The notes beneath the pieces are model-generated. The model did no database searches and was not told the DNA's origin. It worked only from the letters and a program-made list of their open reading frames with translations. The position numbers and the translations under genes are program-made. DNA of 63,812 nt, counting the filler, from Olpidium bornovanus S191 (Eukaryota > Fungi > Olpidiomycota), in NCBI GenBank assembly GCA_017911155.1. It is 30 parts of 30 records of this genome, joined end to end, with 100 filler letters (N's around TTAATTAATTAA, not from the genome) between each part and the next. Parts side by side here need not be neighbours in the genome. Positions count along the whole stretch, not along the records: positions 58,300 to 62,302 come from JAEFCI010002694.1; positions 62,403 to 63,812 come from JAEFCI010002476.1; 28 more parts are not named here. One strand, written 5' to 3'. Shown one piece after another: positions 60,569-63,812 of this stretch. Each line of letters opens with the position of its first letter. Position 1 is the first letter of the stretch.

Positions 60569-61829
60569 ATGGAAGTGAACGTGCCGCTCTACTCGGCGGA
60601 ACAGATCCGGGTTCCCCCGGACCTGCCGGACATTCTCAAGTCGTACACGAAGCACATCCTGCGGCAGCAGCCAAAGGACATCCTCGCCGCGTCCGTCGAG
60701 TACTTCACCCAGCTGTCCAACGCGACCGCCCAGAAGCGGTTCAGGTCGTCCGGCCTGGAGGCTGAGGTGCTGCGCCGCCTGTGGAAGAGTCTTGAGATCC
60801 GCTGGCCGGACGCCGCTGTCCTGCCCAAGGACGACGTCGCCGGAGCGTGCGCAGACTTGGGGATCCAGGCGTGGGGAATGAACGACCTGCTGAGGTGCGG
60901 GTCGAAAAAGAAAAGTAGAAAAGTGACGAAGGGGGAAAGCGGGTAACGGGACGTCCCTCCGCGTACTCCTTCTCGTCGCCCAAACAGGCTTGGCGGATGG
61001 AAAGAGAGTATCCCCAAGAGGAAATTCTGGGCTTTGGCCGTCGGGTCAACGAACGAGGTGCGTAGCGGTCTTCCCCGCCTTCCCTCTTTCCCTCAGGAAA
61101 ACACCGTCTCTCGGCCGGTTTTTTTTCCGTTTCATTCTTTACTCTCTGCAAACGTATCGACAAAAAAGGAAATTTTATTGTTTCACATTTCATTCTCTTT
61201 TTCGTTTAATATTTTCTGTTTTTCTTTGAAAATTTCGTCCTTTTTCTTCGTGTAACTTTTCTTTGTTTAATTCCAATTTTTTTTTAAATTTTTTTTCTTT
61301 CTCGTTTATCTTTCCATCTTTCTCTTTTAACTATCTTTTTTTTTCTCCTACATTTATCTCTTTGCAGAACTTGGCAGGTACGATGCGGTCCGTTGTCGAC
61401 CTTACATCAGACGGGGCGGGCAACGCGCCGTCCGGCCCGCTGGCTGAAATGTTCCGCTTCCTGGCCGAGCGCGACCCGGACTTTCCGCCGACAAAGATCG
61501 AGGCGATATCTCAAGCTCTGCTCGCGCAGTGAGTCAATCCTCCTCCTATTCCCGCCCCACTTTTTCCCATCCTCCCCCTCCTAAAAAGAGGGAAAAGGAA
61601 AAAAAAAAAGAGAACTCGCCGCGCGCGCAAGTTTAAAGCGCCCTTTTTTAACGCTTAAAACTTTTTGCCGTCCTTCACCCCCCTTCTCTATCTATCTCTA
61701 TTTTTTTTCTTTTCTCCTTTTCCCTTCCCCGTTTTTCCGTTCGCGCGCGAAAAACTCACCAGGCCGGACGTTTCGCGAGACGCCGCGGCCGCAGTTTTCC
61801 GGAGCCACCACCTGTTTGGAGACACGTAG
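60569..61829 (+). CDS. ROPN1L: Ropporin-1-like / radial spoke protein 11 (RIIa docking domain)
   Basis: EQIRVPPDLPDILKSYTKHILRQQPKDILAASVEYFTQL, later KFWALA. Exons 60569-60894, 60988-61057, 61368-61528 and probably 61763-61829 splice in frame. Confidence 0.88.
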
Positions 61830-62520
61830 AACGCGCGGCAGCGACCGCCGTGGGAGAGAGTGGTCTGGCAAATAGAAAAAATTCCGCTCTTTTGGATTTT
61901 TTTCTTTTGGACATCACGGCGTCTTGAGAGGGTTTTCTCTTGCGCCCGATGGTCGCGTGCGCCGCAGGGGACAGACATGACGGAAGGCGGAACGGTAACG
62001 GCTGCGCGAAACGCGACCAGCCGCCCGCCGCTCACGCCGGCCGTTTCCAACATCCATAGTCCCATCCGCCGTGCCAACGCAGATGGACCCGTCATCCCGA
62101 ACCGTCGTCGGTCGTCGGCCAATCCCCGTCGCCTGAGATAGGCGTCTTCCCGTCTTCCCCCCACAACCACCCACCCACCTTTTCCTCGCCCTCCACACCT
62201 GAAGAAGATTTGGAAGGAAACCGCCAAAAGGGCACGATTCCCCCCCCCCCCCCCCCCCCAACCACACCCCCACCCACCCCCCCCCCCCCCCCCACCACAC
62301 CANNNNNNNNNNNNNNNNNNNNNNNNNNNNNNNNNNNNNNNNNNNNTTAATTAATTAANNNNNNNNNNNNNNNNNNNNNNNNNNNNNNNNNNNNNNNNNN
62401 NNGTAAGCTTGTTTCGTCCCTTTCTTCCGCTCGGCTCTGGCGTCCCAGTCCTTTGTCTCGTAACCTCCCCCCATCCTTCGGTTTGACTCGTCGTGATAAG
62501 CTCCGCACCCGGGGACCCCC

Positions 62521-63211
62521 ATGCCGGCAACTCTCACCCCTGAGCAGAGAAAAACGTTTGACAACTGGTTTAAAGAGCGCTACACTCGTCAATCGTCCGC
62601 CCTCGGCGTGGGCTACCAGTCCCTGTCCGAGTCGACCCCGGACAAACTGGTCGCCAACCGCCGCCGCATGGTTGACTTTTTGAAATTCTCGTGGCGCTTC
62701 TGAAACGCGGGCTCGCTCGACCAAACACACTCTATCTTGTCATTGTGCCGGTAATGCCGCGTTTTTCTCGTCGTCGTCAGAATAATTTGTAGAAGTAACC
62801 CCGTTTTTCTTCTTTTCTTTCTTCCTTCTTTCCAGGACTGTTGCCATCGCGTATGCTGCGTCCTTCAAAGCCGATCCCATCCACTTCGGGATCCCTGGCG
62901 ATCCCGGGGATACGACCTTCCTCTTCTTGCCGTCTGACACGGATTTCTGCGGCCCTCTTGGGCCCACCGACCTCGAGTACGACCCTCGCTTCGGCCCGAC
63001 CGTTAACGACGAGGTAATTTTGGCTGAGGGCTTTGTCGGTCTCCCTTCTGCCGACGTTACAATCTCCGACGCCCAACTTCCCGACAATGCCGTCCGCCCC
63101 CCGCCGTACGTCCCTTCCGTCGCCGATTTTGCCAGTGTGGGGTCTGAAAGGAGGGGGGTGTGCCAGGGTTACCTGGTATTTTATAGTGAAGTCGGGGTGG
63201 GGGCCGTTTGA
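62521..63211 (+). pseudogene. Two-exon ORF interrupted by one in-frame TGA (pseudogene or recoding)
   Basis: ATG 62521, TGA 62701-62703, frame open to donor GTAATG at 62751, acceptor CCAG ending 62835. The spliced frame continues about 125 codons to a stop at 63211. Confidence 0.4.
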
Positions 63212-63812
63212 GCAAAACATAACTGAGTATTAGGTTTAGGATAAGCACGGACAAGGAAAAAGCCCCTGAATTTTATTCTTATTGTTATTGGTCTATTTTT
63301 GTGGGGTAATCTCGTTTGGACTGGAAGAGCCCCGCTGTAGGTCCTTTCAGGGTGGTATCAGTGTTTGGCGTGGCCCCCCCGCCACCTTGAAAGGGGGACT
63401 ACCTCTTCCGGGGTGTCCCCCTTACCGGTCAACAGGGTGTTCCGTTTTTGCAGTTCGAAAGTGGGGGTTGGTGAACTTCACATTTCATTGGTTGGTTTTC
63501 AAGGGCGCGCCCCACGTTCCCCCCTACGTGGTAGCAAAAAAAAATTCGCCGATTCGTAAAAGATCGGCAAGTGACAATTCGAGGGTGAACCATCGGGCAG
63601 AACTCAGTGTTTTGGCATGGCTCGCCGTGTCCGCGGCCGATGGTGTATAACCCTTTAACCGAACCCCCCCCCCTCTTCAACCTGTTGGTTCGAAGGAGCT
63701 CCAAAGAGCTTCTGTATTCCGCCGGTCTACCCGGTTTTATGGAGAGGAATCCAGGGGTGAATTCAGGGGCGTGATGTGCGCAGTGCACCTCGTTCTCCCC
63801 CTTTTTTCCAAC

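Overview
This window is not one locus. It is 30 short (about 1.1-4 kb) eukaryotic contigs joined by 29 identical 100-nt spacers (44 N + TTAATTAATTAA + 44 N), so genes in different contigs are not known to be neighbours. Contig bounds: 1-1355, 1456-3183, 3284-6649, 6750-10743, 10844-12020, 12121-13205, 13306-14444, 14545-17199, 17300-18805, 18906-20619, 20720-23774, 23875-26401, 26502-27854, 27955-29711, 29812-31508, 31609-34255, 34356-37214, 37315-39176, 39277-41119, 41220-42825, 42926-44930, 45031-46697, 46798-47864, 47965-51476, 51577-53404, 53505-55023, 55124-56848, 56949-58199, 58300-62302, 62403-63812. The DNA is GC-rich and has GT-AG introns full of homopolymer runs. Fungal-type genes (Vam7 PX-SNARE, membrane DnaJ) sit alongside motile-cilium genes (ROPN1L/RSP11, MORN3, dynein-stalk-like), which points to a flagellated early-diverging fungus (inference; Olpidium-like is a guess). 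Genes recognised from motifs: SRP receptor alpha, HSL-family esterase, DnaJ, TLDc protein, CD2BP2/Lin1, Elp5, P4-ATPase, SLC41, TrhO/TSTD2, Vam7, probable NRDE2, SNF2-RING helicase, Rpf1, MORN3, MFSD1-like, an LRR protein and ROPN1L. Four contigs hold LTR-retrotransposon remnants. The most notable observations are (1) a Ty1/copia pol with a chromodomain at the integrase C-terminus, (2) a protein with tandem dynein stalk/microtubule-binding-domain units and no AAA domain between them, (3) a 9-nt micro-exon in a rhodanese active-site loop, and (4) 18 of 58 gap-flanking contig ends falling exactly on CATG. All calls come from manual motif recognition; no database search was run, and most short GC-rich ORFs in the track are shadow frames.
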